From Lepidodermella squamata (taxonomy: Eukaryota; Animalia; Gastrotricha): a DNA stretch of 64,000 bases. Of this stretch, positions 26,542 to 39,573 are shown piece by piece. Position 1 is the first letter of the stretch, and every line of letters starts with the position of its first letter. The notes below the pieces were generated by a model. It searched no databases and had not been told where the DNA came from. It worked only from the letters and a program-made list of their open reading frames with translations. Where the stretch lies: NCBI GenBank assembly GCA_047495785.1, contig JBLDXI010000007.1:868001-932000 (forward strand). Direction: 5' to 3'. The translations under genes and the position numbers were made by a program.

Positions 26542-26924
26542 AGTTCATTTCATAGTAAACCTAAAAAATCACATATTTCGTAGACTAATATTTACGAATT
26601 TTCAAAACAATTATATTTTGCATATAAAATTAAAAAAATCGCCCTTCATCGGCGATAGAAAGCAGCGCAACATAAAACCAAGAACAAAGAAAATTATGCA
26701 TGGTGAAAAATCGAACAAAACTTGGATTACAGAGATGATAACCTCATTTGGCCTCTCTCCATCCAAAAAAATCAACAATTTCAATATGAAGCAAATTTAC
26801 ACGAAAAATCTCCATACAAATTTCATGAGGAGGTTCCACCAACTCATCAAACTGGGCAAAATACTGAATTTCACCGAAAAACTGAAAAAATAGTTCACAG
26901 AGTGAATTGAATCTGAATCTTAAG

Positions 26925-29339
26925 TCAGTAGGATGGTTTCAGAAGTTCGAGAATACCACCCGTCGCGTCTTCCTTGGCATGATCAAACGCATTCAAGCCA
27001 TTCGAATCTTTGATTGTAGGATCTGCCTCGTACTGCATGTAAATCATAATGATCTCAAATTTCTTCTTTTTCACGGCAGCTATCAGTCCAGTGACAGTCG
27101 AATCATCCTCGTCGATATAACGGCTATTCGGGTCGATTCCCGCCTCCAACAGAGCTAGTAATTTGAAATGATTCACGTGTGTTAGCACAATCTCGCCCTT
27201 CTTGTTAGCCAGGGTCAAATTAGGGCGATGTGACAGTAGAGCTTTGAACGGATCTGTCAATCCACTAACAGCCTGCATCAACAACGTATTACCCTCTTCA
27301 TCCCTTTCATTAACGTCAGCACCGGCTGCTACGAGGGCCGAAATAGCTGTTTTGCGGTAGGGCCAACGTGGCGGCTGGTTGAACACGGCGCATTTTAGCA
27401 GTGAAATACCATCAGGTGTTTTCGCATTCGGATCACCACCGCGAGATACGTAAACTTTGATAACATCCCCGAAGCCGAATTCCAACGCGTAAAGGACGTA
27501 GCTGAAATCGAAAGGAGCTCCGTGTTTGATCATAGACTCGATTATTGCTTTCTTGTTTCGACGAAGCGCATGTACCATAGGACCGGCTTGACGGATTACA
27601 GAAGTTATGTAATGCACCGCTATGTAATCGACACTTTTCGTTCTCTCGATTGCGGATCCTTTCAAAAGATCTGGGTCCAGCTTGAATATGGACTCGATGT
27701 CTTCCAGGGAACCTTTACAGAGAAGCTCGCAAAGCTTCACTCGCTGTGAAAAGAAAATTCAATTTTACGCCAACATAGCTGGGAAGTACACTTCAAGCAA
27801 TTTCACAAAATGTCGAGATTGATGGATCAAAATCCAGTCTAATCAGTCAGATCTATTAATAATTTTAAGGAGGTTAAAGGAATACGGAAAAAGCCATGCA
27901 ACTGGATAGCATCAGTCATTTTTGATGAGTGGGCCATTTTAGAGGTTTTAGACGACGTTTGAAGAAGTTTGAACACGGATAAAATTTATCCATTCGCCAA
28001 GTTGCCCAGCAAATTCATGAGCTGATTTCCAGGCTCAAACTGTCATTTTATAACTTTTTGAAAGAAATTTGTTGGCGAAGAAAACCATTCTGAATTTCAG
28101 GGCCTTGGATCAGCTAATTTTACAAATTAATAACAAACAACAATTTACGAATCGAATTTGGAAAAATTTTGGGGAAATCTTGAATTTTCTTTGAAATCGG
28201 CCATGAGGTTAGTTTCGTCTGAGGCGTCAAATAATTCAACATATTCCATGAAAACTGGTAAAATACTAACCAATCGATTTATTTTAGCCAGGGAGGGTAG
28301 GACATTCCGCACTGAAAGCTCTGTGCTAGAATACGGGCTGTTTGAGGCTATGAAGCGAATTCCAGCCGGATAGTCTGCAATTGTTATCAAAATATCGCCT
28401 TCAACCCGAGTGCGCATTTCAACTAATGGTATCTGAGCAAAAATAAAATAATGGGTATACCAAAAAATATGTTTTCATCTTTTACCGTGACCGAATGAAT
28501 TTGCTGGAAATTAGAGTCCAGAAAATGAATGATGCGATCATGTTCCGAGCTATGATGAATGAATATTTCGAAGGGAATCCGCAAAATGTCATATGCCTAT
28601 TTACCATCAGAGTATAATATTATTATGAAATTTAAAAAATTATTTTCTTACTTGTTGGCACCCTATAGGTAGCTTTGCTATCCAGCATTGATGGGGATGG
28701 GCTTCGTGACTCCTAATAAAGTTGTTGAAATCTGCATCCGGAGCCAATATTTCGGGGGCTGCAATCCGAACTGCCCGGTAAAACTCATCGAGCTCCACCT
28801 TAACCTTGCGCGCCGGAGGGAACATAGACGTATGGTAAAATCCACTATTGGAAATCGGTTGACGAATGAGCTTCAATGGTCGCGTCATGGCGTCTCTTGG
28901 CTCAGGAATTGCGAGAAGAATTGAGTCATCTGCTTTGCTTCTATCTCGGAAACCACGGCAAAATATCGCTTGTGATTTCAAAGCCTTTTTGAAGGTGGAA
29001 ATCGAATCTTCAGCCGAGCGAATAAAAGACCAAGCTTGTTCCTTTGGAAATTCACGAAGAATCAATCCTTCCCAGAAAAATTCGCCGTCTAGAAAAGCAT
29101 TCCAGCTAAAATCTCGGATTCAAAATAAGATAAAATAAATCAGTTCTAATCACATACCCCTTGGAAACAAGAGAGCAGCGGAGGAATAAATCTCGATTTC
29201 TAAGGTAGAGAAATATTTCACGCCGCACCTCTTGCGGAAGCATAGCCAGCAAATCGAACGGATCCGGCTCAATAAATTGCATCTTCGCAGGCGGCTCGTT
29301 GATAACGGGATCGACATTCTTCCGTTTGCGCGGCGGCAT
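26925..29339 (-). CDS. F-box/FBA-like/ankyrin gene copy #12 (paralog of #9)
   Basis: MPPRKRK..LPQEVRREIFLYLRNRDLFLRCSLVSK; ADYPAGIRFIAS; intron 4 ~525 bp; ankyrin exon 26925-27743. Confidence 0.9.
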
Positions 29340-29621
29340 TTCACCAAGTTACAAAGAAATTCTATAAAGAATTAAACTAATCAAGTCTTCTCTAAAAGCC
29401 ATTTCACAATTCACTGAAAATTCATTTCAAATCTGAAAAGGTATCCTTAATCTCAAGATACCATCAACAATTTATTTCAATATTGACTCTATTAGGTCTC
29501 ATCTGCTACCTTACGTTGACACTTCAGAAGTTTGAAAACTTTTCCCCAAATGCGACAGCTTTTCATAAATACACTCGATAAAAATGTACAAAAATAGTGG
29601 GAAAATTTTAAAATTCGGCTA

Positions 29622-31359
29622 TCATATTCCTGGAATAGGATGAGCCGTTAGGAAAGTTTCCCCTTTCGAGTCCAGAGCATTGATATCAGCCCCGTGTTCG
29701 ACCAATAGGTTAACAACAGCAATTTCACGCCGTGCGTACATTTGATGAAGGGGATACGTGAAATGCGGAGTCCAAGTCGAAATCTTCACATTTGGATCAG
29801 CCCCGGCCTCTAATAACGCAGCCACTCGAGCTCTCGTGCTCTGCGTGTAGCCAAGCGCGATCTCCAAAGCCGATTGTTTATCCTTATTCAATCGATTTAC
29901 ATCGGCGCCGTGAGCAATCAACACCCGTAACGTCCCAATCAAACAAGTTTTGCAGGCGATGATAAGTAGCGTATTGCCATTTTCGTCGGCCCAATCCGGA
30001 TCGAAGCCGTTGTCGAGGAAGGCTTTGACTACCCCTGCGTAAACTGAGCCATAATTTCGAAGCACATCGACAATGATTGGAATGCCTTCAGAATTGGTCG
30101 ATTGAGCGCTAACGCCATGAGATAGAAACAAACGAACAGCTGCAGCGTTCGAGCTGAATGCGGCCGTTTCTAGCGCTTCCGATCCGAAAACCGCTCCTCG
30201 ATTGACAAATTCTTGAATAAATGCAGCGCTTGCTTTTTTGGCTATCACGGCTTTCAGGAGAGACTCGCTGAATGCCGGGCCAATGGATGAATTATTAATA
30301 AAATGCGGATATCGGTCTAGCGCTTCTTTCAGCTCCGGCAAACTTTTCTGGCTCTTCGCCGCCATTTGTTCAATTTTGTTCCACTTGAAGAAAAACAAAT
30401 TTATAACACGCAATAAAAATTAACGGATTTTTACCGTTCTTAAAATGTTACAAGTGCTAGGAAAACAAAGCCGCATATATTCAGAGGAGATGTAATTGTA
30501 TGCAATATATTGCACTCCATCGGGATAACTTCGAAATGCCGCGTCCTTGCTGTCTTCCTTTATTATCTTAAATAAACCAATAAAATTGATAAAAAATTAA
30601 AATCTTGACTCACATCAAAGAAAAGGGTGCTCAATTTTGTCAGCTTAGCATCGTGGAATGTAATAATTTGACGCCACGATCGCTGAGAAATGATTGAAGG
30701 CTTCAAAATATCGACAATCTTAAAAAATAATTGTTGACGAAAGTTCATAGCAATCGCTTGAAATTACCTCTCGAATATTTGCAGGGACTTTCACCAAATA
30801 AAAACAGGGGTAGGAAGATAACCCCTCGCAAATGGCGCAAAGGCCAAGAGAGTCGTCCGTAAAAAATTGAGGCCGTTCAGTTTGAATCAACGCGATCGAA
30901 TCTTCTAATGAATTAGGGCTGTGTTTGGCACAGATAGTAGTGCTGAATGAAGAAACATGCTGGAGCGCTGGCTTTCGTAACCAGACCTTTCTAAAAATCG
31001 TCTCGTGCTTCAGGGATTTTAGTAAATTTTCCACAGCTGAAGACTTGGACAAAAATCTCCGCGCAGCTTGCGAGCCAAACTCCCGACAAATCAACTTTTC
31101 CCAAAATATTTTCGAATTCATCATATCGCACCACCTTAAAATGATAAAAACTAAATTTATTAAACTTATTACTCAGTAAATAATACCTCTTCGAAACCAA
31201 AGCGCAGGAATGAAATAGCTCTTCTAGGCGAAGATGGATTAGAATTTCGACGGCTAGTTCTGGCGGCAGGCGTTCGAGAGGGTCCGTTGAGGCACATAAT
31301 TCGAAAGAGCTGCGACATTTTTTCGCCGCGGGTTCAACATAATCAAGTTCTACTTCCAT
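29622..31359 (-). CDS. F-box/FBA-like/ankyrin gene copy #13 (divergent subfamily)
   Basis: DPLERLPPELAVEILIHLRLEELFHSCALVSKR; exon3 IVDILKPSII; exon4 RSYPDGVQYI; ankyrin exon 29622-30383. All four acceptors are AAG. Confidence 0.87.
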
Positions 31360-33134
31360 TTAAAGCCAAATTATTGTCCAAGTTTCATTTCTAGCCGAGC
31401 GTTTGGGTCGTCAGTTTCAATAATAACCCTAATTTATAGATAACCAATTTATCAAACAATCAAAACGCGAGGAAGCAATTTTCAAAGCAGCAGAATAATT
31501 TCAAGCAAAAAAAAATGTTACATGTTACAAGTTCGAAATGTACAAAAAATAGTAAAATTTATGCACAGTATAAATAAAACTCTATTAAATTTGGCACTTA
31601 ACTTTTCAATTTGTGCGTCATTTGTCGGTGATTTTATCAGCTTTTGCCTTCGTTTGACTAGGATTTGAGCTATACAACTTTAATAATGAATCGCTTCCAG
31701 GCCAATCATCTATCATTGCTAGATAGCCTTTTTCTCCCAGCCGATCGACGCTGATATCACTGCAATCTACGCCATTTTTCAGCAAGAATTGCACCCGAGC
31801 TCAGGCAATACATGTTCAAGGGCAGATGTTAGGACGGTTTGCCCTGTTTTTGACGTGCAGTTAATATCGGCTCCGATTTTGACTAGATACTTGACAGTAT
31901 CAAGAGTTTCTTTCTCCGCAGCATACATCAGCAAAGTTTTTCCATCTCTATCTGCGAAATTTACGTTCATTCCAGCTTCGATGAATGCTTCGATAATCGG
32001 TTTCGAAACTTGTTTCAATGCCATACAGCCGAGTAGTACGTTTTTGCCATTGTATGAATCATTCACAGTAGCGCCGTGTCGCAGGAACAGCTTTGCTGCA
32101 ACAGCATTACTGCTCATAACGGCAAACTGCACGGCCTCGGGTCCAATAACAGCACCTCGTTTGATAAATTCCAGCAAAATATCGCCAATGGCCTTCGACT
32201 GAACAGCGTAGAGTAGCTTTGCATTGATAAATGGGCGATTCATCAGTTCTGGCTCAGCATCGAAGACAGCTTTTATAGCTTCTAGGGACGCATTTCCATG
32301 AGCAACCAAGCACTGATGGCCCATACCATCAAACAGCCGCCGGCCCTACAAAATTAAACAGAGTTGATATTCGACCAGCAATTTCGATACCGCACTAAAA
32401 TTCTACTAAAGAATGAGTCTTTGGCCAGTTTCTTCGTGGTAGGCTTATATTTTCGACGACTGTACACACATTGAGGTACTCTTTCCCCCGAATTCCGGCT
32501 AAATCGAACTACTTCGATTGAACCTCTGAATCTACTAAATAATGCTCGCAAATAGCGAAACAAGCAAGGCCCAATAACTTTTCGAAACTCTTAACAAAAA
32601 AATGTTATTCCAAAGATCGGAAATCTAAATCTGGTATTTGTCACTGGTTTCTCGCTTCCAGTCAATAGTTTCCTGGCGACGGCGAGTAACGGAGACAACT
32701 TTCACGGTTGTTGTTGCACCGAAAACGGTTTTTCCAGCTGCAATATCCACTTTCAGCCCAACCTCTGGTTCTGTTATGTGAATAATTGTATCACCTCTGA
32801 GGTTCGTTAACGGGCGAGAAAAAGGGGGGGGGCGAGATATGGTGACAATTCGAAACCTTTGTCAGCTAGTAAATAATGCTGGCACGACCCAGACTCAGAT
32901 CGGCGGCAAAGTCCTGCCCCACAGTCGACGATTACATCAAGTCAGCGACCCCGCACAACGGAGAAAAAGCCTGTTCAGGCGTCGAGGTCATCTCACTGTT
33001 CCACGTCAACGCCCACGGCTTGATCCAGCTTCAGCCGCACTCAGCCTTCGGCTTCGTCATCCAGGTCGGCATCGTCGGGAATGCCGCCGCTCGCCTCGCC
33101 GCGAAACAGAAACTGCGTCATAGAAGCCGGTCAT

Positions 33135-34144
33135 CCCAAAGGTTGTCTAGACGACTTCGTCCCCGTCAAAAGTCTGTAGGCCTAGAGGGTTTTAGGCCCA
33201 GCATATGCCTAATTGTACCGAGCCTTGACGCGGCCCATGCCTAGCATAGGCCTAGGAAATAATCGTAAGATATAGGCTATGATGATATGTCCGCCGATTA
33301 TCCCAAATTTGCCCCGGCGCATAAAAAAGGCGAGTTGTGGTAATCGATTCTGGCAATGAACCATTGGAGGAAGCCGAGGAAGCTGAAGAAGACGAAGAAG
33401 CGGAAACCTCGGGTGATGATGACGACAATGAATGAAGCAGACGATGTTGAAGCATGGTGAATAATTAGTTCAAACTAGTGTTCTAACTTGTTGTGATTCT
33501 TCATGACATACTTTGAATACTTGACATAACTATATATACTCGGGTCCCCCACAGAGCAGCAGGCTTCAAAGCAGGGAAAACGCACTAAACAGTCCTCCCA
33601 GCAGGCGCCCAAGCTTAGCCTCTGATTTTCAAACAATGGACTAACATGATGGTCAGCTATTCTAGCTTTTCACACCAAAAATTGAGGAACATAAGTCATG
33701 AAACCTCCGTAATGTAACTCAGACCTCACTTTGGTCGAAAAAGTCGTTTTTCAAAAATTTTCCATAATTCATAAGCCGGACTCCTAAAGTTATGATGAGT
33801 CCATATTCAGAAAACTACGCAGCATTTTATCGAAATCAATTCGATTTATTGTTGCGTGGCGTTTGCACCGATTTTTGAGTTTATCCTGCTTTGAAGCCTG
33901 CTGCTCTGTGGGGGACCCTATATACTCTATTACTTATACTTGCCATATGTGCCATCTGAAATCTTAAATTAAGTCCTGGTGCTAGAAACCAGGCGTCTTT
34001 TTTCTAACGTGGGCCTAGAAAACTCTAGAGTAGTCAAGTCTGACTTCAAGTTTGCCCAAGTGGACAAATTTACGCCTGGTTTGGGCCTATAGGAAGGGGA
34101 GCCTATATAGGCCTAGTCTAGGCCAGCGGTTCCCAAACTTTGGC
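33135..34144. mobile_element. Putative CCCA-ended element with AGGCCT/CTAG subterminal repeats, hosting a nested MITE
   Basis: cccaaaggttg..(taggcctag)n at left; (ggcctag)n..caaactttggc at right. Confidence 0.4.
33542..33918. mobile_element. 377-bp Mutator-like MITE with perfect 34-bp TIR and 9-bp TSD
   Basis: TIR gggtcccccacagagcagcaggcttcaaagcagg at both ends; TSD tatatactc at 33533-33541 and 33919-33927. Confidence 0.9.
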
Positions 34145-34893
34145 TTTTGGCGTTTACTATCTCGTTTCCGGTTTCAAGTAAGCTGATTCGCATATTTCGT
34201 CGGCGGTTTCCAGCAGCTCAATTATTCAAGTTTGACCAGGTCTACAACCCGTCGAAAATCGCTTCGGAATGCTTTACATACCTGACTCTACCCGATGTAG
34301 TTTCAAATACGCACAGATTTCGATTCATTTCTCACATAATCTCCCGTCCTTCTTCAGCTATTGGATAACACCGTCATTGCAGCGGTACAAAGGCAGGGTG
34401 TCGTAGTTTCAGTTCCAAGTCGGCATAATTGGCGGTGAATCAACCCAGGCTAGTTCATCCTCTACCCGGTCAGGATTATACCGCAAGAATTCACCATTCC
34501 ACCAAGGAATGTAGCAGTTAGCGAACAAATTTCTGAATGGCCAAATGCGATCAATCTGATTCTCATTTTTGGTTATTTAGCAAAAACGCCAAAAATGTGG
34601 TCCATAAGCCAAAAATAAGTTTTGTAAGAAGTATCAGCACAAATTTGAGATAATTCGGCACGCATTTGTCCGAACAAAATCATCCAATTTGAGACCATTC
34701 CCTTCGAAAATAAAGCGTCTGAAAACTTTCAACCTTAATTGGCGTATTTTAATGAATTTTAGTGAAACCAAAATCCGGCATTGCTACGTGTGCGCGACGG
34801 CGTGCAACAATAATTGTGATGAAGTAATCTAGACGAGCATGGCGAAAGTCAAGTTGGCTTTCGCAGTATTCACGATTCACTAAAAGTTATTTT

Positions 34894-35358
34894 GTGCAAA
34901 TTCTCCTCTCAACTCGATGTCGAAAAACAACCATTCATTTGGCAACCTTTCGAGACACCGCAGAGCAAAAGCTAAAGCTCTTGCCAAAAAAAGCAACAAC
35001 CGTCGAAATCAACCCAGCGCGATCAGTGAGCCCCACAGTACGGGGAGGGCCAGCTCTTCTTCGAGCTCGGCAAACTTCTTCCTATCCAAGCAGTAGCACG
35101 CTTCCTGAAATCGAAATTCCCGGCCCTAGTTCGAGCCAAGAAGATAATGCGAATACCAGCACCCGTTTTGTATGGCCCAAAGCGAAGACGATCGAGCTTT
35201 TGGACGAATTCAAGCACTATAAGTTAGAATTCGAAACCTCAAAAGTTCTCAAAATTGCGGCGAATATTAGCGATGGTGGCTTCCAGGTGACAATCAAACA
35301 ATGTTGCAATGAGATTGATTATCTGCGTACCGAATTCACGCGAAATTTTAAGTTTTAA
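34894..35358 (+). pseudogene. Myb/SANT-like (trihelix) ORF remnant, probably a PIF/Harbinger accessory protein
   Basis: FVWPKAKTIELLDEFKHYKLEFE..KIAANISDGGFQVTIKQCCNEIDYLRTEF fits the W..T..LL..F..IA..GF..T..QC..L pattern; lies inside an intron. Confidence 0.55.
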
Positions 35359-36374
35359 ATTTATATTTCAACTTTATGCGAAAAATTACTCCTCTGTAAA
35401 TTCCCTGAAGATGTTTAGGGTCATTAAACGAAACATCGAAAGAAAACCAACTGCGCTTAATGTCATCAACCATTAAAAAAAAATGCTTCATCAAGCGAGC
35501 TTTTTCACAGTTCTCAGCTGCCCGAGTAAACCTCCGGAGCCCGGGACTACAACCCGAATTTAAATCCGTACCTTCGAAGTTTGGCTGAAAATTCGTCACT
35601 TTTCAGACAAAATCAACCACGAAATGTAGAAGTGTTGAACCTGTTGGACCTGATGAAGAAATCTGGCCAAACTCGGCATTACAAAGCGAAAGTACCGCAT
35701 CCGACATGGAAAGTTAGGGGAGATGTAAGCAATTCCCACAGGGTAGGCTTTACTCGTCCAATACGGAGTAGAAAAGAATTTGGCCTAAATCGTGGCAACA
35801 GAAAAATAAAAAAATTACGATTGACAGTAAACTGAACTTACTTCAGGTAACTTGATAGACCCAATCAATTCTAAATTAGCATCGTAGAAATTAAGCTCGC
35901 ATCGGTCGCAATCGATCATTAGTGGAGGTTTCAGTTCATCCAGCACCTGGTAAAACGCCAATTCACCAAAAACATGTTTGGAGAACAATACTGACCTTTC
36001 GACATCGATCAGGCACCATGATCAGCCAATAATGTTCGTCTGAAAGCGCGTAACGAACGCAACAGCGTTCTGGTCGGTGACGCAAATCTGCCAGACAATC
36101 GAATTTCACAAATTCACAAGCTTGCTTCCCAAATTTGTCCATAATCAGCACCGCATGATTGGAGCGAGTGAGCTTTTTTTCGATCATTAAGCAGTCCGTG
36201 CTGCATTCGCGTTGGAAAATTCGGCAGTTTTTGAGTGAAGCTTGAAGATTACTCAGTGAAGGTAATATTTGCCGAGTTTTTTCTAGTCCAAATTCTCGAG
36301 TGATCAAACATTTCCAGAATGAAGGATTTGAAATGAAAGCATGCCAGCTAAATAAAATAATACAATAAAAAAAG

Positions 36375-38786
36375 GGCCGGGCGACACAATAGAATGCGAC
36401 ACAATAGCGAGAACACCCGAAATAGCGAGGCACAAAATAGAAAGCGACCTAATAGCGAAAATTAAGGCGGGCCGAAATAGCACGCGACTTAATAGCGAAA
36501 TATTATGTTGCGACACAATAGAGAGCGACGCTATAGCGAATAGCCACGCGCGGAATAAAACACGTGCGGGTAAGGTGAGCACGCGCATCATTGCTTTTAA
36601 ACGGCAATTTGCTCGCCTTTTTTATTACGAGGCGAAAATGTTTCCGTGTCAAGTTGACGGCTGTGAATTCCAAAGCTCATCGTCCAGAGGCTTGAAAATC
36701 CATGTATCGCGAAAGCACAAAGGTATTATTATTATTATTTCTATATATGCATATTTTAGTTATTACTTTTTTAGTCGAAACTCAGCCGGCAGCCGTGAAC
36801 GATGATCAGCAGGGCAATCAACAGCAACAAAATGAGGGTCATCTGCTGGCAACTGCTGCAGTCTACGGTGTCTTCGGTGATGAGGTTGACGATGAGGATG
36901 TTGACTTCGATCTCACGCGTGCTATCGCCGAAGATCTCGAGCTGCAGGCAGCCGACGAGGAATACGAATACAGCGAGGATGAAGCGGAGGAACCATCATC
37001 GAGCTCATCATCAAGCGAAGGTGAGGTGGAACCGGCTCAGCCTCAAATCACTCGAATCGCCCCTGTGCCCATTCGTTATCGCTTTCGACCAACGACGAAA
37101 GAAATTACGGGTAATTGGAAGTGCGTCACCTCGAATTGCCGCGCGACTGCTAAAACTAGGGATGGCCCCGATGGCGCTGTACTGTCCGTTGATCGCGAAT
37201 CATGGCGAGACCACAACCACGAGCCTGACCCGCAAGCTATGGAAGCACATGACATCGTTGCGCATATGAAGGTGAGGATTTATTTTAATTCATTTTAATT
37301 GACTTTATTTGATTTGTTTATTTTAGGATAAAGCACTGGACTCAAGAGGCAACCACCGCGACATTCGTCAAGATGCTACAATTGGTGTCCCGCTCAGCGT
37401 GACCACGTGTTTACCATCGGCTAGGTCAACTCAAAAGGCACTCGAGCGCGTGCGTAAGAAGCTTAGAGCCGACGTACCAAAGGAACCCGCTGCGACTAAT
37501 GAGTTTGATGCGGTTCCGGACTCGCTTTGTATCACCTCGCGAGGGGCGCCCTTTCTACTGCATGACTCCGGCAAGGAAGATCCTGAGCGCGTCCTGGTGT
37601 TCGCCTCTATGGAGTTCATTCATCTCATGGGCGAGTTCCGCGACTGGTCGTCGGATGGCACCTTCGAGGCTTCGCCGGATATGTACTACCAGCTGTACAC
37701 AATTCACGTGTTGCTCAAGCCCCGCCCCGCTGAGTCGACTGGTTCAACGCCTCAACAAATAAGCAAGCGAACTACTACGATTCCAGTTGTCTACGCTTTG
37801 TTGAAGCGAAAAACGAAAGATGCCTACTGTCTACTGTTTAACAAGCTTCGATCAGTGTGTCCAACGTTGTCGCCTATCACCTGGATGGTCGATTTCGAGA
37901 AGGCCGTTATCGAAGCTATCATCATCGTCTTCCCTAACTGCCTCCTATCGGGTTGTGTCTTTCACCTTGCGCAATGTGTTTGGAGGCACACCTGCGTTCT
38001 TGGGCTGAAACTAGTCTACTCGGACGATGAAGAGGTGCGAGTTCGCATCAAACGCCTCGTGGCACTGGCGTTCGTCCCGACTTGCGAGGTGCCCCGTGTT
38101 TTCGCCCTTCTCGATGCCGATCTCGCGGCTGTCGTGGCTAAGTACCCGAAAATGGCAGAGCTCTACCAATACTTCGAGAAGAATTGGATCGGCGTGTGGC
38201 GACACGGCCAGCAAAGCGTCCCTCCGGAATTTGACTTCGAGCTCTGGAACATGGTGAAGCGCGTGGAAAATTCGCTACCTCGCACCGACAACTATCACGA
38301 GGCTTGGCATCAGCAATTCACGGCCAGCAATGCCAAGAACCACCCGCATCTGTGGCGCCTCATCATGGGTCTTCAAAAGGAGCAGAACCTGATGGAGGAA
38401 AGGGTAGCCGACTTTCGACTCTGCCGCGACGTCTCGCGATGCTCCGAAAAAAAATATTTGGCCGCTAACGAGGCTCTGATGAAACTTACGCCTACTTACT
38501 CTCTAAAATCGAGCATTACGTTTTTGGACGAGATATCTCGTTGGCTTAATGTTAAGCGAAACTAGCTTTTAATTTTGAAAAAATAAAAATATGGGCGCGA
38601 GATGGTTAAAATCGGTATTATGTTGTTGGCTATTTCGGTTATCTTAATATTTTCGCTATTGTGTCGCGCGCTATTTCTTGTTTGCTATTAAGTCGCTCGC
38701 TATAATGGTTACCACTATATTCTCGCTATTTAGTCGCGTGCTATTGTGGATTCGCTATTGTGGATTAGCTATTGTGTCGGCCGGCC
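36375..38786 (+). mobile_element. Full-length Mutator-like (MULE) DNA transposon, 2412 bp
   Basis: TIR ggccgg(g/c)cgacacaatag; 8-bp TSD aaaaaaag (36367-36374 and 38787-38794); arrays of AATAGCG subterminal repeats at both ends. Confidence 0.93.
36638..38565 (+). CDS. MULE transposase, 3 exons (36638-36722, 36775-37271, 37327-38565), ~606 aa
   Basis: C2H2 finger FPCQVDGC..HVSRKH; acidic tract; FLYWCH-like WKCVTSNCRA..HNH; catalytic motifs SDGTF, VDFEKA, GCVFH and TDNYHEAWH. The exons splice in frame. Confidence 0.88.
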
Positions 38787-39573
38787 AAAAAAAGACCTGA
38801 AAAATCAGAAATATGTCATATTACCGCGTGGAGACCGCGCTGCATATCATAAATATTTCTTTATTGCGGATCCGAAGGAAAATATTGGTGACAATTTCGG
38901 GTGGGAGAACATCTAGAGGATCTATGGATTCAATCCTTCGCCGCTTAGCATTCGAAAAATCGCTCTCTTCCATATTTTCGGGAAAAATTAAAATCGAACA
39001 CTAGCAAGAAATAAAATCAACAAAAATTATATTTTTTATGCATGAAAATATGTTAAACAATCAACCTTTGAAGCAAATGACCGAGATAACCCGGGAGGTT
39101 ACAGGTTAAAATTTTACAAAACTGAATTATATAATAATCTGAATTCAAATTGCACCACACATAGTCCTTTATTAAAGACAACAAATTTTAAAATTTTACA
39201 TGAAAAATAGTTCAGGAGATTTATTTGTTATATCTTCAAACAAAAATAATCTCGACTTCTTGCTATTTTCTTGTTGTTTTAGCCGCTTTATTTTTCGCCG
39301 GGCTCGCGTTGGAGTTGTACAACTTGAATAAGCGGTCGACGCCACGACGATCCCACGTCGACACTCGGTAAAGAGTTTCGCCCATCTTCTCAACGCTGAA
39401 CGCACTACCGTCAGCGCCATTTTTCAGCAAAAATTCAACGCGAGCTTCAGGTATTCGAAACATCAACGCACGATCCAGCACGGTCTGGCCGTTTCTACTC
39501 TTGCCATTTACGTCAGAGCCACTTTTTACGAGAAACTTGACAACGTCCAGTTTTTGACTTTCAGCCGCATACA

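Larger units (their letters stand above)
31618..38973 (-). pseudogene. F-box/FBA-like/ankyrin gene copy #14: MULE in intron 1, ~3.3 kb nested TE block in intron 4, frameshift near the C-terminus
   Basis: Exon1 MEESDFSNAKRRR..LPPEIVTNIFLRIRNKEIFMICSAVSTR (38825-38973); exon2 ~35996-36347; exons 3-4 ~35650-35947; ankyrin exon from 32345. A 1-bp deletion near 31801 breaks PEARVQFLLKNG; the original stop is at 31618-31620. Confidence 0.75.

Noticed and set aside
27770-28260. Defined mobile elements in the enlarged introns of #12 (also #7, #15 and #22)
   Set aside because: Probably TE debris, but I could not find convincing TIR or TSD pairs.
32640-32730. Minus-strand KLSPLLAVARKLLT resembling the hAT dimerisation domain
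   Set aside because: Too short and it lacks the following PASS/ERxFS motif; not supportable by eye.
36380-36560. Short repeated AATAGCG motifs as an independent array or regulatory element
   Set aside because: They are mirrored at 38630-38780, so they are MULE subterminal repeats.
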